The notes below the pieces were generated by a model, which was given only the letters and a program-made list of their open reading frames with translations, searched no databases and was not told the origin of the DNA. Positions 1-14,659 of a DNA stretch of 64,000 nucleotides are shown here, piece after piece. Every line of letters begins with the position of its first letter. Position 1 is the first letter of the stretch. The DNA comes from Octopus bimaculoides (taxonomy: Eukaryota), in NCBI RefSeq assembly GCF_001194135.2, contig NC_068983.1, positions 42,766,481 through 42,830,480 of the forward strand, in the 5' to 3' direction. The position numbers and the translations under genes were made by a program.

Positions 1-217
<217 letters not shown>

Positions 218-2196
218 CTGTAAACTGGTTGCTTTAGGAAAGGCATGCAGCCATAAAAATCAGGCCAAAGCAGACAATAAAACTTGGTACAGTTCTCTGG
301 CTTGCCAGCTATTGTCAAACCATCCAATGCATGCCAGCATGGAAAACGGATGAATGATGATGATGATAAGATGTGCATGAGTCTTTTGTTTTTGCTGCTG
401 CCCCACCACCACCAGTTTCCAATAGATGTACCAAACTGCATAATTCCCAGACAAAAAGTGCTGAGGGCAATTTATTCAACTAAAACTTTCCAAGGCAGTG
501 CTCCAGCATGGCCAAAGCAGCCATTGCTAAAACCAAATGAAACAAAGAACTATTGATTTCAGTCTAGAAACATTAATTGTGTTGACTAAATGTAGCACTG
601 ATGTTATTTGCCATGATGCTATTTATACATATGAAATTTCCGCAGTATATTAAAATACCCTTGTTGTCATTGAGTCTCAAGTTTGTTCTTATTCAGTAGA
701 CATATGATCAAAAATGTTCCAACCATGACCACCTCATCTGGTTTTTGCACATGAATGGCTATGTAGTTAGAAAGCTTGCATTCTAACCATAAAGTCTCAG
801 ATCCTGTCCTACGGTGTGACATCTTAGGCAAATGTCTTCTACTATAGCTGTCTGCCAACTGAAACCTTTCATTATCATTATCAACATCATTCAACATTCA
901 TTTTCCATGCTGGCATGGGTTGGACAGTTTGACAGGAGCTGCACCAAGCTCCTTTGTCTTTTTTGGCTTAGTTTCTACAGCTGGACGCCCTTCCTAATGC
1001 CAATCTCTTTTAGTGTGTATTGGGTGCTTTTTACAAGGCAGCAGCACAGGTGATTTTTTATGTGGCACTGGCACCAACATCAAATAGATGGAAACTGGAA
1101 GAAGCCAGCTGCACGTGCGTGTGTGTGTGTGTGTGTGTACTCATTTCAACGGTTGTAAACAAGCATGGCTGTCATATAAGCAATGTTATCTGTTCGCCAT
1201 ATTCCATGAAAAACATATCAAGCCATGGGTCAATGTTAACATGCCTAGAAACAGGTGAAGGTTGCTGACAGGGAAGGTATCTGGCCATAAAAAGTCTGCC
1301 TCAGCAAATTCCATCTGACCCATGCAAGCATGGAAAAGTAGATATTAAATAATGAAGAGGACAGTGAATATATCTACGACTAAATTATCAAAAGCGTCCT
1401 TTTGTGATCTGAGAGAGAATTCAACTTCTTTTGGGATTGAACTGCCGTTTCTACCAAGTCAAGCAACCACACAAAGGTTCCTTCTCTGGCTTTACCTTTC
1501 CCCATCCTGATCAAGGGGACCTATGATTAAACACACTACAGCTGTGACCATCCCATCAGGAAAGGGTAGCTACATTATCCAATACATCCAACTATATGGT
1601 TTTATTTGAGGAAGATTTGGTTGCTATTCTTGGCACATCACAAGACAAGCTATAGGCTCCCATGTTAGCTTGTTTCATCCTTGCCCATTATAAGTAAAGC
1701 TACAAGTATTTCTATAAGACACTCCCTTCTTGTTTACTAACTGGTTTTAACATTCAACTGTGAAATATTCAATAAAATCTAACCCAAAAATGTCTATTGT
1801 TCGTAATTCTTCACATTTCAAATATTACGAATGTTATGGAAAGGAAGAAAAGATAAAATTGAAAGCTTCAACAAGCTTAGGGGATTTACTACGTTGGAAC
1901 AGGATTAGTGCATGCAAGCAATTATAATCTCTAGCAAATATCGACATTTCAATAATCTATATACATATATGGATATCATCATTATCAATTTAACATCCAT
2001 GGATGGAGTTTATCGAGGCAGATTTTCTATGGCCAGATGCCCTTCTTGTTGCCAACCCTCACCCATTTCCAAGCAAGATGATATTTCTCCATGGCTAGAC
2101 ATGATTTTGCAGAAATGAATGACACTGCTTGTGTGATAGTGACACTCATTTACAACTATCATGTGACATCAAGACAAGGGTACACAAACATACGCG

Positions 2197-2227
<31 letters not shown>

Positions 2228-3009
2228 CTGACAGGCTTCTTCCAGTTTCCATCTATCAAGCCCATTAAATGGGCCTCGGTTGGCCCAGGGCCTAGAAGAC
2301 ACATGCCTAAGGTTCAGCAAGGTGGCACTGAACCCAAGTGACTAATATCAGTGACTAATATAATTGACCAGGAATTTCAACTTGTATGGATAGTCTTCTT
2401 AAAGATAAACCATCCACACATACAATTGATAACCAGGATTCACAGAGGTGATTCAGGAGGACCTGGCTCAGATTTTAACCCCTTTTATACAAATGCACAT
2501 TTGTTCTTCATAAATAAGCTGAGAATAACCTATGTCGTTTTGCAAAGTGGCAATTTAAAGGTTAAAATAGACAGATACGTAACTTTGTAGTTTAGCTTAG
2601 CACCAATCAACTCCCCCATTTCGCAGAAAAGCAAGATGACTTAAGTCCTACTAGTTATAACTCACTCATTTTTTTTATTCATATTACATTTCAGGCTATA
2701 AATTATGTATTTTGTCTTAAGAGATCTTGTGCCATGTGAAAACAGATACCATGTTAAATATTTCTACTTGACATACAAGTTTATTTCTTGATAAACTGAA
2801 CTTGTTTATTTATTTATTTTCAGTGACTGTAGAAGGAAGACACTAACTGCTAACATTTTACAGGGCCTCCAAGACTCGAGGTGGGGGAAAAGGAGTAAAC
2901 TATAGCTCTTGGGTGGTGGTGGTAGGAGGAAGCAGCACCTCATGCTGGCAAATTATCATTGGATGGGAGATCTGGCGCAAATGGCTAAACGATATTAAAT
3001 CTATGAACG

Positions 3010-3430
3010 ATCATCATCATCATCGGTTAACGTCCGTTGTCCATGCTGGCATGAGTAGGATGGTTTGATCAGAAGTTGGCAAGCTGGAAGTCTGCACCAG
3101 ACTCCAGTCGGATTTGGCATGGTTTCTATGGCTGGATGCCCTTCCTAATATCAACCACTCCAAGAGTGTAATGGGTGCTTTTACGTGCCATTCGTGCAAC
3201 ACCAATATCTGCCACCACTGCAATTTTACTAGGCTTGATGGGTCTTCTTCTCAAGCACAACAAAATGCCAAGGTCTCGGACATTTGTCACTGCCTCCATG
3301 AGCTTTTCACATGCCACTGGCATTGGCCACTTTGCCTCTGTGAGGCCCAATGCTCAAAAGATGCTTTTTACATGCCAGTTACATGACATCAGCATTGGCC
3401 ACGACTATGGTTTCACTTGGTTTGATGGGT
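3010..3430 (-). mobile_element. SINE-like family B copy with (TGA)n tail
   Basis: Reverse complement of the family tail ccaacccatgccagcatggaaa..gacgttaa(tga)n. The same family recurs near 230, 875, 7745, 10145, 12200, 14950, 20900, 30455, 32760, 34085, 35965, 42300, 42855 and 54005. Boundaries approximate. Confidence 0.75.
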
Positions 3431-3637
3431 CTTCTCAAAGATCCAGGAATCATGAATAATGATTGTCATCATCCATTTAACGCCAACTATCCCAAGCTTG
3501 CATGCCCTTTCTGTTATCAGCCCTTACTTGCTTCTAAGAAAGGTAATATTTCTCTATAATTGGACAAGTTTTCATGGAAGATTGGAAAGAAATAACACTG
3601 CATGTCTGATGTTAAGTCAATGTTAAGATGAAGTAGC

Positions 3638-3668
<31 letters not shown>

Positions 3669-5472
3669 CACATGCATTGGACTCCTTTCAGTTTCTAGCC
3701 GCCAAATTCACTGATTAACTCACAAAGCCTTGGTTAGCCTGAACTTATAGTAAAAGACACTTGCCCTGGATGCCTCAAGTGGGACTGAACGCAAAACCAC
3801 ATGGTCAGGAAGCAAACTTCTTAACCACAGAGCCACACTTGCAACATATTAAAATCTGCAATAGACATCAAGGCTAGTTTCTAGTTGTTTTAGCTTTATA
3901 AATAATGATGAAATGAAGCAGGAGGCAGTACTAATCTATCAGTTTGAATATCTGCTGCAGACTATCGCAACCTCTTCATGAAACAGTGGCTGGTTGATGC
4001 TATAAAGGAATTCAAGAGGATACGTGTCGAGAGAGAGAGAGAGAGAAACGAAGAGTGATAGAGTGAAAATAATCAATTATGCATCAAGCAATAACTTAAT
4101 GCAATTCACAGTGATGGTGCCCTCAACAACCAAAAGTTGTTTTAACAACTTCCTCTTGTTAACTCATATTGATTTATCAGGAACTGGGATGGTGAGACAC
4201 ACTTGTTCAACAAGCACTCTTTGACCCCCATATCTGAATCTCCTTTTCCTAACACCAGCTTCTTGTTTGTTTGTTTGTGTTTTCTTTTGTTGTTCTTGCC
4301 TCATCACACTTTCTAGATTGTCATCTCTTAACCCCTTGTATTTTTATTCAGCTAAGTAACTCATCCATTGTACTTGTGAATTTGTTTGTCTCCGACTCTA
4401 CATTGATAACAATTGCTCCCATAATTGGAAATACGTATAAATCAAGTGGCCTGCTTTTTACAACAAACTCTTAAGCCATAATGTTATTTATGACTGGTTA
4501 TTTAAATATGGGCATCACCTGATGCAACGTGCAGTCTACAACACAATGGTACTCTCTATTATCCAACACTATACCTTAATAATGCATGTTCACATCAAAA
4601 GTTTTATGGTAAATTCAACAACAAAAAATCTGCACAGGTAATATTATTATTACTATTAATGTAAACAGTTTTTTTTATAAAACAACAATACAAAAGGCTA
4701 TGATGAATTATTTCATGATTTCATAATGAGAGAATATACCTGACAAAGGAAAGCTATTAAGATTTTGTTGCTATTGTTGTTGTTAATCCCACAGACATCA
4801 TCATCATGTTTTGATATCCATTTGGGTTAAATAGAGTTTGTCAAAGCAGATTTTCTACAACCAGATGCTCTGCCTGTCACCAACCCTCACTTGTTTCTAA
4901 ACATGGCAATATTCCCCCATGGCATGACACGTTTTTCTCAGATTAGAAACAAATTGATTTGCAACTGTGCATGTCAAGAAAAGGAGACACAAACATGCAC
5001 ACACCCTCCCTACCCTGTGATATTATATATCACTTTTCTCAATCACTGGAGGCCCTAGATGGCAGCCCCCAAAGTCCATGCCTAAATCCTGCACTATTCC
5101 CTCCTACTCTCTGACCTACAAATAACCCTTGAGCATTCACATCATTCTCTCAAATGTAATACCTATTTGTCTACATAGTTTTCAATTAATCATGCATTAC
5201 CCACAAGCTTCCAGATTCTGAGGATATTCTTTGACTTGTTTCAGTCATTTGACTGTGACCATGCTGGAGCACCACCTTAAAGGGTTTTAGTAGAAGAACT
5301 CACCCCCAAGACTTATTTTTTGTATGCCTAGTACTTATTCTATCGGTCTTCTTTTGCTAAACCACTAAGTTACAGGTACATAAATGCACCAACATTAGTT
5401 GTCAAGCAATTGGTTATGGTGGGGGATGGTAACAAACAGACAAATACACACACACACACATACATACATATA

Positions 5473-5650
5473 TCTTAATATATAAATCTGAAATTGTGTG
5501 TTTGTGTGAAGCCTTTTTGAATGTTTATAGAAATCCACATTTTCCACTTTTTCGTAAAAATTTTTACATCAATGGAATTTTCTCGATCTGAACTTTCCAG
5601 TGCAGTAATTAGATTTTTAATATTCCGTTTACTTTGTGTGATTTAAGGGA
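5473..5650 (+). mobile_element. Possible non-autonomous Helitron 5' end inserted in a SINE microsatellite
   Basis: Starts tcttaatatataaatctgaaattgtgtgtttgtgtg, resembling TC-start Helitron termini. No 3' hairpin/CTRR end was found. Confidence 0.3.
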
Positions 5651-6908
5651 GATTTGGCTGTTGTTTCTAGCAACTTTTATATTTCATCCCTGCTACCTGG
5701 AACGTCATTCTTACACACGCGCTCAACATAAAAATATAGAGAGTAAGAGTAAAAGAGGGAGAGGGAGAGAGAGAGAAAGTGATACATGTGGTTGGGAAGC
5801 AAGCTTCTTACCAAGCCTAATTGTTATTTTTAGAATGACATTGAAGGGTAGGTGTGAGAGACCAGATCTGGCTGATTTGAAGATTAAACAAGTGGAATAT
5901 TTGGCTGAATAAGGCTGGTTTAAATGCTAAAGGGTTAATAAACCACTAATTAATATAGTTTCAATTAGGCAGACTTGGGGTATTTGAAGCAACAGGTCTA
6001 TAGATGGGCATTTGGTTGTTCATCCAATTAGCTGTGATAGAGACAGAACAGAGCTAACACATAATTACCACACTGGCAATATGACCACCACTTCAGAAAA
6101 CATTATTTATTAAAGCAATCCATTTTTTTTTCTTTTATGTCCATTTTTCCCTGCTTGAATGGGTCAAACAGAAATTAAGGCAGATTATCTATGGCTGGAT
6201 CGGTCTTCTTGCCACCACCCCTCACTTGTTTCCAAGCAAGGTAATATTTCCCCTTGGCCTGACATGTTTTTGCAGAATATTGGAAAAGAACAACACTTGT
6301 TTGCAACCACCACGGCATGACAAGAACATGCACACACACCTATCTCCACATGGTATGAAATTCAACAAGTAGTAACGCACTCAGTTAAAGATATTGATCT
6401 TCCAACTGAATTTCACAAGGTTTATGCACGGTTTTTATCATCATCATTTGAACATGTATGTATCTCTCTCTCATAAATATCATTTCTATTTTTACTATTA
6501 TTTAAAACTGCTTGATTTGGCTCCACATAAGTTAAAATTTCACAGGCTTTAGTAACTTTTACTTTTGTTTGCATACACGTGTGTGCATACATATATACAC
6601 ATATAGTTTACAGTGGTTTTCTACTACAAATATATATACATACATATATATAAATATATACACGTGCACGTGCACACAGAGGGTTCTCTCACTTTGGTAC
6701 CAAATCACCTGAGACCACCCTTAGTCTCACATAGTTTGGTATCAAAGGGCTTAGAAGAGAATTATTATAAATAAATAAACCACCAGTTACTTCCTGTTCA
6801 AGAGATAATTGTGGCTTAGAAACATTTTTATGCTACGAAATGAGAGTGGTATATTACATGTGTATGTGTATATATGTGTGTGCGTGTGTGTATGTGTGTG
6901 TATATGTA

Positions 6909-6945
<37 letters not shown>

Positions 6946-7129
6946 TATTAGAGATAAACTGTAAGACAGAAATAGTTGCTTTTGTTGTTTGTTTCGATGT
7001 TTTATTTTTATCTTGCAGCTGGTAACCATTATTGTCTGGTCAAATAGGTCCATATCTCTTATAATCCTATGTATCACTAGAGATTATGGCATTGGTGGTT
7101 GGAGAGAATGAAGATGGTGACAAATGATA

Positions 7130-7297
7130 ACAAGGATGGTGGTGGCAGTGGTGATGGGGGTGGTGGTAGTAGTGATGATAGTAGTGGTCGTGGTTGTGGT
7201 TGCAATGGTGGTGGTGGTTGTGGTAGTGGTGGTGGTTGTGGTAGTGGTGGTGGTGGTTGTGGTAGTGATGGTGGTGGTTGTGGTGGTAGTGATGGTG
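7130..7297. repeat. GGT/GGTAGT-rich low-complexity repeat
   Basis: Runs of ggtggtggttgtggtagt. It produces the poly-Gly, poly-Pro and poly-Val pseudo-ORFs at 7077-7323. Confidence 0.9.
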
Positions 7298-8647
7298 TCA
7301 ATTATACTCCAATAATCAACTAAAATATCACAATTTAATCAATTTACCTGCAACAAAACATTTTTATAACAGAGTTTATCAAAAATAGTTTATGGTCATA
7401 GGTATCGTTGGTTCCCAACTAAGAGTTTTGTGGTTCAATACCACAACAAAGCACTGAGTAATGATTTGAGTTGACCAAAGCTTGAGAGTAAATTATGGTA
7501 AACGGAAACTTTGTGGAAGCCCTCCTGTAGTGGTGGTAATGGAAGATCTGTTCCCATTCCCAGGGAGGTGGGGGTAGACTTAATCCCTCATCTGGATAAA
7601 CACCACCAGTTAATCCTTGGATGATGTCAGCTGTCCTTTGATTTTGTCAGTGGCCATACTTATTTTATTAAAAGCATTGAGAAAATGTGGAACAAGATTA
7701 ATCCTTTTTTTGCCATCTTTCAGTAGAGATACACTGCCTTTCATTATCATCATTTAATGTCCACCTTCCATGCTAGCATGGGTTGGACGATTTGACTGAG
7801 GACTGGTGAACCAGGCGGCTACACCAGGCTCCAATCTGATTTAGCAGAGTTTCTACAGCTGGATGCCCTTCCTAATGCCAACCACTCCGAGAGAGTATAG
7901 TGGGTGCTTTTACGTGCCACCGGCACGAAGGCCAGCCAGGCGGTACTGGCAACAGCCACGCTCGAAATGGTGTATTTTACATGCCAACTGCACAGGAGCC
8001 AGTCTAGCGGCAATTAATTTTTTAAATAATGAAGAATTTAGTACAAATAACTGTGATTATTAAGCTTGTATTTAGAACATAAATTAAAATTAAATTTTAA
8101 CGGAAGTTCTAAATTAGATCACTTTAACATAGGAAGTTTGAATCACAAAACCAGGGAGTGGTGACAGGCAGGCTGGTGTAGAAAGAGTAAAGCCATGAAG
8201 ACTATTAAAAAATATATTTAAAGCATTTAGAGGGGAGTTCTAATCTGAAGGTAAACCATTGTCTTCCACCTCACCCCCAATCTCGGAGACCCTGCAGGAA
8301 ATGTCATGCCCTTTCTCCTCTCACTGGGCTAATTAAAATAACTAAACATGTCAGCTTATTCTATTATTGCTATTATATGAAAAATTCCCCGCCCTGTCTG
8401 GCAATCTGCTTTCACCCAATTTTTTGGTAATGAGCTTCACTCAGCCAAGCTAGAGAAATTTCTCCCATATTTTATTCCTTCTTCTGGCACACATGCATGC
8501 ATACATACATGCGTGCGTGCATGCATAGACACACATATAAACGTGTATATACACCCAAACATATATACATACACACATGGATATAAATACATTTATATAC
8601 ACATGCATATAAACAGATCTATACACACATGCATATAAATACATCTA

Positions 8648-8684
<37 letters not shown>

Positions 8685-9518
8685 NNNNNNNNNNNNNNNN
8701 NNNNNNNNNNNNNNNNNNNNNNNNNNNNNNNNNNNNNNNNNNNNNNNNNNNNNNNNNNNNNNNNNNNNNNNNNNNNNNNNNNNNNNNNNNNNNNNNNNNN
8801 NNNNNNNNNNNNNNNNNNNNNNNNNNNNNNNNNNNNNNNNNNNNNNNNNNNNNNNNNNNNNNNNNNNNNNNNNNNNNNNNNNNNNNNNNNNNNNNNNNNN
8901 NNNNNNNNNNNNNNNNNNNNNNNNNNNNNNNNNNNNNNNNNNNNNNNNNNNNNNNNNNNNNNNNNNNNNNNNNNNNNNNNNNNNNNNNNNNNNNNNNNNN
9001 NNNNNNNNNNNNNNNNNNNNNNNNNNNNNNNNNNNNNNNNNNNNNNNNNNNNNNNNNNNNNNNNNNNNNNNNNNNNNNNNNNNNNNNNNNNNNNNNNNNN
9101 NNNNNNNNNNNNNNNNNNNNNNNNNNNNNNNNNNNNNNNNNNNNNNNNNNNNNNNNNNNNNNNNNNNNNNNNNNNNNNNNNNNNNNNNNNNNNNNNNNNN
9201 NNNNNNNNNNNNNNNNNNNNNNNNNNNNNNNNNNNNNNNNNNNNNNNNNNNNNNNNNNNNNNNNNNNNNNNNNNNNNNNNNNNNNNNNNNNNNNNNNNNN
9301 NNNNNNNNNNNNNNNNNNNNNNNNNNNNNNNNNNNNNNNNNNNNNNNNNNNNNNNNNNNNNNNNNNNNNNNNNNNNNNNNNNNNNNNNNNNNNNNNNNNN
9401 NNNNNNNNNNNNNNNNNNNNNNNNNNNNNNNNNNNNNNNNNNNNNNNNNNNNNNNNNNNNNNNNNNNNNNNNNNNNNNNNNNNNNNNNNNNNNNNNNNNN
9501 NNNNNNNNNNNNNNNNNN
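8685..9518. other. Assembly gap (others at 16605-17331, 18933-19199, 22172-22483, 26483-26528, 29898-29907, 37896-37905, 48259-48268, 57262-57271)
   Basis: Runs of N, mostly flanked by (TA)n or (GA)n microsatellites. Confidence 1.
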
Positions 9519-9557
<39 letters not shown>

Positions 9558-12500
9558 AAGAGAGAGGGAGAGAGAGAGAGAGAGAGGGAGAGAGAGAGAT
9601 AGAGAGAGAAAGAGATTATATATACATACACATATATACATCTAGCTATACTTATATATACAGACACATATACATACATGTATACACATACACAGATATT
9701 TATACATACAGAAACATGCATGCATGTACACACACACACACACACCTATATAGCTACCAAAACGAAGTCTTACATGTTTAAGGTCAAATTATCTTCTATT
9801 GTGACCTGCTCAGCTTTCCTTCCCCAATGTTTCAAATCAAACAATCCACTTCATCACTGCTTCATTCAGGTCTTTCGTCTAAACTATGAACAGAACACAC
9901 AGCACAGGAATTTCCTCAACCAATTCCATACAAGAAAATTTCTTATAAGCAAGCTAATGAGGGTTCCTCGTGCCATTAGAAATAACAGCCAAATCACCCT
10001 CAAATCAGACCTATCTTATGAGAATTAAAGGTCATACTGGATAATGTGGTACTAGATAAAATGTCTGAACAGGAAAAAAAAATGGAGAAAGACTGAAAGA
10101 GAGGATGGTCACATTTGGAATGTCCTTAGTCTGACATAACACGTCATCATCATTTAACATCCGTTGTCCATGCTGGCATGGGTTGGATGGTTTGACCAGG
10201 GCTGGTGAGCTGGAAGGCTGCACCAGACTCCAGTCTGATTTGGCATGGTTTTCAATGTCTGGATGCCCTTCCTGATGCCAACCACTCCGAGAGTGTTATG
10301 GGGGCTTCTACACGCCACCGACATGGGTGCCATTTGCATGACACCAGTATCTGCGATGACTGATTTCATTTGGCTTGATGGGTCTTCTTCTCAAGCACGA
10401 CAATGCCACAAAGGTCTAGGCCATTTGTCATTGCGTCTCTGAAGCCCAATGCTCTAAAGGTGTTTTTTCTTAAATAAAGTTGCCCGTGCCTAGGTTAGAC
10501 AAATATGTTTTGTTTTACAGATGGATGCCCTACCTGAAATGAACCCTTACCCATAAGAGATTTGTTTTTCCACAGCTTTGAAAATATGAAGCAAGGAGGG
10601 GCCAAATTTCCTACAATAGCCTTGGGCTGACCAAAGCCTTGTGAGTGGATTTGGTAGACGGAAACTGAAAGAAGTTGGTAAAACATATACGTGTATATTT
10701 GTGTGTGTGTGTGTGTGTTTGTCCCCCCACCATTACTTGACAACGAATGTTAGTGCAAAAGAGGCCAATAGAATAAGTACTAGGCTTACAAAGAATAAGT
10801 TCTGGAGTTGATTTGTTTGACTAAAGGTGGTGCTCCAGCATGGCTGCAGTTAAATGACTGAAACAAATAAAAGAATAAAAGAGCAGACATAAACCCACAA
10901 ACAGGCACAGGCACCAAAAAGCAGCATTTTATAGCTTGGTGTTTTTATTGCAAAACCAGCAGAATGTAAACATTCACACGTATATCATGGTTTCACTTTT
11001 CCATGTAAGAATGGGTCAGACAGAATTTGTTGAGAGATTTTTTTTCTATGGCCAAATGCCCTGTCACTTACCCTTACTTATTTCCCAGATAAAATATTTT
11101 TCCATAGCCAGAAATGTTTGCAGAGCATACTAGAAATAAAGAACGCTCCTTGAATGATATTGACAATCATTTACAACCATCATGAACAAAAAAACACAAA
11201 CACGTGTGTGTGCATATCGTTTGCTATTATGTTAAATTTGCTATTACATACAAATTTGGCCAAATGCATTTTTTCCGATATTTATTCTTGCTTGCAATAG
11301 CCGGTTCTTTTGGTCAAACTATTATATCTCCAGCTGCTTCAGATGCTAAGAAATCAAAAATCGTCAAAGTGTAGTAAAACGGTTTTGCTATGGAATGGTG
11401 AAATTATTTTATCGTTTTCTGAAAAAGCAACATTTCGAATTCGAACTTATGACACTTTTGCATAATAGCAACGATGTATATATAGTCAATTCAATGAACA
11501 GACAATTCAAAAAACGAGTAAAAGAGAAAGAGAGAAAAAAAAATGATTGTGAGAACGTGTACAAGAATTATATTAGTTTGACGCTTGGTGAAAGGAGAGG
11601 AGTTTTAAAGTTTTGAGCAAGGCTCTTCATTGGAAAGGAGAAAGAGAAAGTCCAAAGAAGGAAAATTGCCAACGGCACAGATGCGACAAACACACACAGA
11701 ATTATAACTGGCTTTTCTCTGTTTCTGCCAACTAAATCTACTCACAAGGCTTTGATCAGCCCAAGGCTATTGCAGAAAACACTTGCCCAAGGTGCAAAAC
11801 AGCAGGACTGAACCTGAAAACATTTTGCTGGGAAATTCTGCCAATGATCTTAAGATTGTGAATCTCATTTACATTGGTGTGTTGTGTTCTTGAGCAAGAC
11901 ACTTTATTCCACGTTGCTCCAGTCCACTCAGCTGGAAAATATGTGTAGTAGCTGTATTTCAAAGGGGCCAACTATGTTACATTTTGTGTCATGCTGAATC
12001 TCCCACAAGGACTAACTGTTAAGGGTACACATGTCTGTGGAGTACTCAGTCACTTGCACATGAATTTTACAAGCAAAGTTGTTCTATTAATTGAAACAAC
12101 TAGAACTCTTATCATTTTAACCAACAGAGTTCCAATTTCTTTTTTGTTATTTAACCATACAGCCATACCTGCATCTCACAAAATGCATCAGGCGATATAT
12201 GCTTGAGAAGACCTGTTGAGTCAAGTAAAACCAAAATCATAGCTGTGGCCAATGCCAGTGCCCCTTGACTGGCTCCAGTGTCAGTGGCACAGAAAAAGCA
12301 CTATCCAAACGTCGTCAATGCCAGGCCTACCTGACTGGCTCCTGTGCTGGTGGCAAGTAAAAAGCACCCACTACACTCAGAGTGGTTGGCATTAGGAAGG
12401 GCATCCAGCTGTAGAAACATTGCCAGATCAGATTAGAGTGTGGTCCAGCCACTGGCTTTCCAGATCTCAGTCAAACCGTCCAACCCATGCCAGCATGGAA

Positions 12501-13159
12501 AACGGATGTTAAATGATGATGATGATGTATATAACTGTGTCGAATGTGTACATATACATGCATGTATATATGTGTTTAATTTCTACAGTGACTCTACCAA
12601 AATAAATCTACAATGCCATAAAACACATGGGCTAAACAAGCAACATTCCAAAATTACATCCCTAACCTGAGAAAGAGAAAAGGGACAGACCCAGCATGGT
12701 TAATGTCATTAACATAGTTGCCTGGCAACTAATAAGTATTTAGTTGTCATTAAGCAGTTGAAATAACCATAAAAAACAACAAAACCCAAAGCTATTAACG
12801 TGTGTGTGTGTGTGTGTTTTTTTTTTTTTTTTCCAGACATTGTATTTTTATATTAGTCATAAAACCCATCACATAACAAGTCAAAAACGTTTGGAATTCT
12901 TTAAATTGGAAAGTGGCAGAACCAAGAGACCATTGGAGAAAATACTTTTGTTGTATTTCTTCCAGTTCTTTGCCAGTCATTTTCGTTCCAGGATTGATCA
13001 AATAAAGTGTGCCAGCAGCACGGGTGCCATTTGTGTGACACCAGAGTGCATTTTACATGCCACTAGCATGGATGCCAATTTGCAGACACAGGTATCTGTC
13101 AAATACTGGAGTTCATTGTACTGGCAATGCCCCACTCTTCAAAAATTGTTGATCTGCAC

Positions 13160-13560
13160 CAACATTAAAAAGCATTAATTAAAAGAATTCAATGAAGAAG
13201 GCAGCAAGTTAAGAATATGGTTTGTTCATTAACTGTGACAAAACAGAATCGCTAATTATCTCTGGATCAGATAATCCTCTGATAGTTGACTAACTGTCAA
13301 AGAGTTGAAGGAATCTTGCAATGCTGGGATGCTGAGAGTATTATTAGAAATCAATGCAATGACAGCCAAGAGATAAAATGCATTAGCAAAATATGCTGCT
13401 CTTTGTTCAAACTACATTTGGGAACAAACATCCATGAATAAGGAACAAAGGCCAACTTGGAACTGTTGGCCACTTTGAGATTTGGTGTTTCCAATGGGAA
13501 CCAACATATGGATATGAATGCTGTACTCGTAAAACAGCTGAGAGAAAGAAAAAAATGACA
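13160..13560 (+). pseudogene. Degraded RTE-type LINE reverse transcriptase fragment
   Basis: Manual translation across stops and frameshifts gives GLFINCDKTESLII (about 13219), SIIRNQCNDSQEIKCI and FEIWCF. These match, in order, the RTE RT/thumb motifs GLxINxxKTKxM, LGSxIxxxGxxxxEIxxRI and FEMWCxR. Confidence 0.6.
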
Positions 13561-13630
13561 GAGGATTTTCAAGTTTGGTGTTAAAATAAAAATGCTAAGA
13601 AGTACTTGGAGAGAAACAGGAAAAAGCAAT

Positions 13631-13665
13631 ATTATTATTATTATTATTATTAGTAGTAGTAGTAA

Positions 13666-13706
<41 letters not shown>

Positions 13707-13707
13707 A
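13631..13707. repeat. (TTA)n/(TAG)n trinucleotide microsatellite
   Basis: Directly visible; gives the poly-Leu/Ile in ORF 13351-13725. Confidence 0.95.
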
Positions 13708-13886
13708 TACTGAATTAGTGGGCAAAATGCCCTGCAGTACTTAATTCTGTCGTTAGTCAATTTACACCAACTTAGCCTTATATTTTCCCCAAGATCAATA
13801 AAATAAACACCAGTCAAGTATCATATCCCGATTAAATCTACCAACATCATTTCAAATATATGACCTTGTCCCTAAAGTTATAATTA

Positions 13887-14238
13887 TTATTACCTCCACC
13901 TTAGCAAAGGTGGAGGTACTGTTTTCAGTCACATTTGTTTGCTTGACAATAGACAAGATACCTCAAGAACAGCTGGATGGATTTGGATGAATCTTTCAGG
14001 GATGTTTGGCCATGTGACTGGCACAAGCTGATTAGATTTTGGGATCAATCCGGTAACAGACAAGGATTCTGGATTATTTTTCCTGTTTTTTTTTACTTAA
14101 TTTTTGAGAGCATTTGGGTTCATTTCTAGTATTCTCATTTGTGAGAGGAGTCAAGTTTATTTCAGATATTCTCATTTTTAAAATCATCCCTGGCTAATCA
14201 TTGAGAGGACGCTGGTGTTGACTTGGCAGAGGTTTCAG
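13887..14238 (+). mobile_element. Helentron-associated (HINE/DINE-1-like) non-autonomous element
   Basis: Perfect 5' hairpin tacctccacc-ttagcaaa-ggtggaggta (13891-13918) and a 3' sub-terminal inverted copy ggcagaggt (14225-14233). This is the subTIR plus IR layout of HINEs. The class assignment is inference. Confidence 0.55.
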
Positions 14239-14626
14239 TACCAAGTATCAGGGTCAATAAATTAAGTACCGGTGGGGTCGATATAATTGACTAGTCCCTT
14301 CCCCCAAAAGTTCAGGCCTTGTGCCTTTAGTAGAAAGGATTATTATTATTATTATTATAAAAAAATTGAGTTCAAACCCTGCAAAAGTCAACTTTGCTTT
14401 TCATCCTTATAAGGATGATAGAAATAATACAAGCCAAGCGCTGAGTGTGGTGATAAACATAACATTGGTGAAGAAGAGATTAAAGAGAATTGGTCTAAGC
14501 ACACAGCCCTGCTTAATGACATGGATGTAATAAACTGCACATTTCTGCAAAACCTCTGTACCCGCGACCATATGGCTGGGAAGCATGCTTCTTACTATAC
14601 AGTCACTCCTACACCTATATATATAT

Positions 14627-14659
<33 letters not shown>

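Noticed and set aside
4060-4640. Possible very old LINE remnant on the minus strand
   Set aside because: Only scattered short motif-like matches were found, and I could not reconstruct an ordered RT signature.
7077-7323. Pro-rich, Gly-rich and Val-rich ORFs
   Set aside because: All three frames are translations of one GGT low-complexity repeat, with no splice or domain support.
8629-9745. Long ORFs of 330-366 aa
   Set aside because: They consist of N-gap plus (TA)n and (GA)n translations. The same applies to the gap-spanning ORFs at 16440-17475 (other than the GIY-YIG frame), 18725-19391 and 22062-22575.
12795-13178. Overlapping 68-aa and 124-aa ORFs
   Set aside because: They start in a microsatellite or poly-T tract and have no recognisable domain. 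They may be a further decayed part of the adjacent RTE fragment, but I could not show this.
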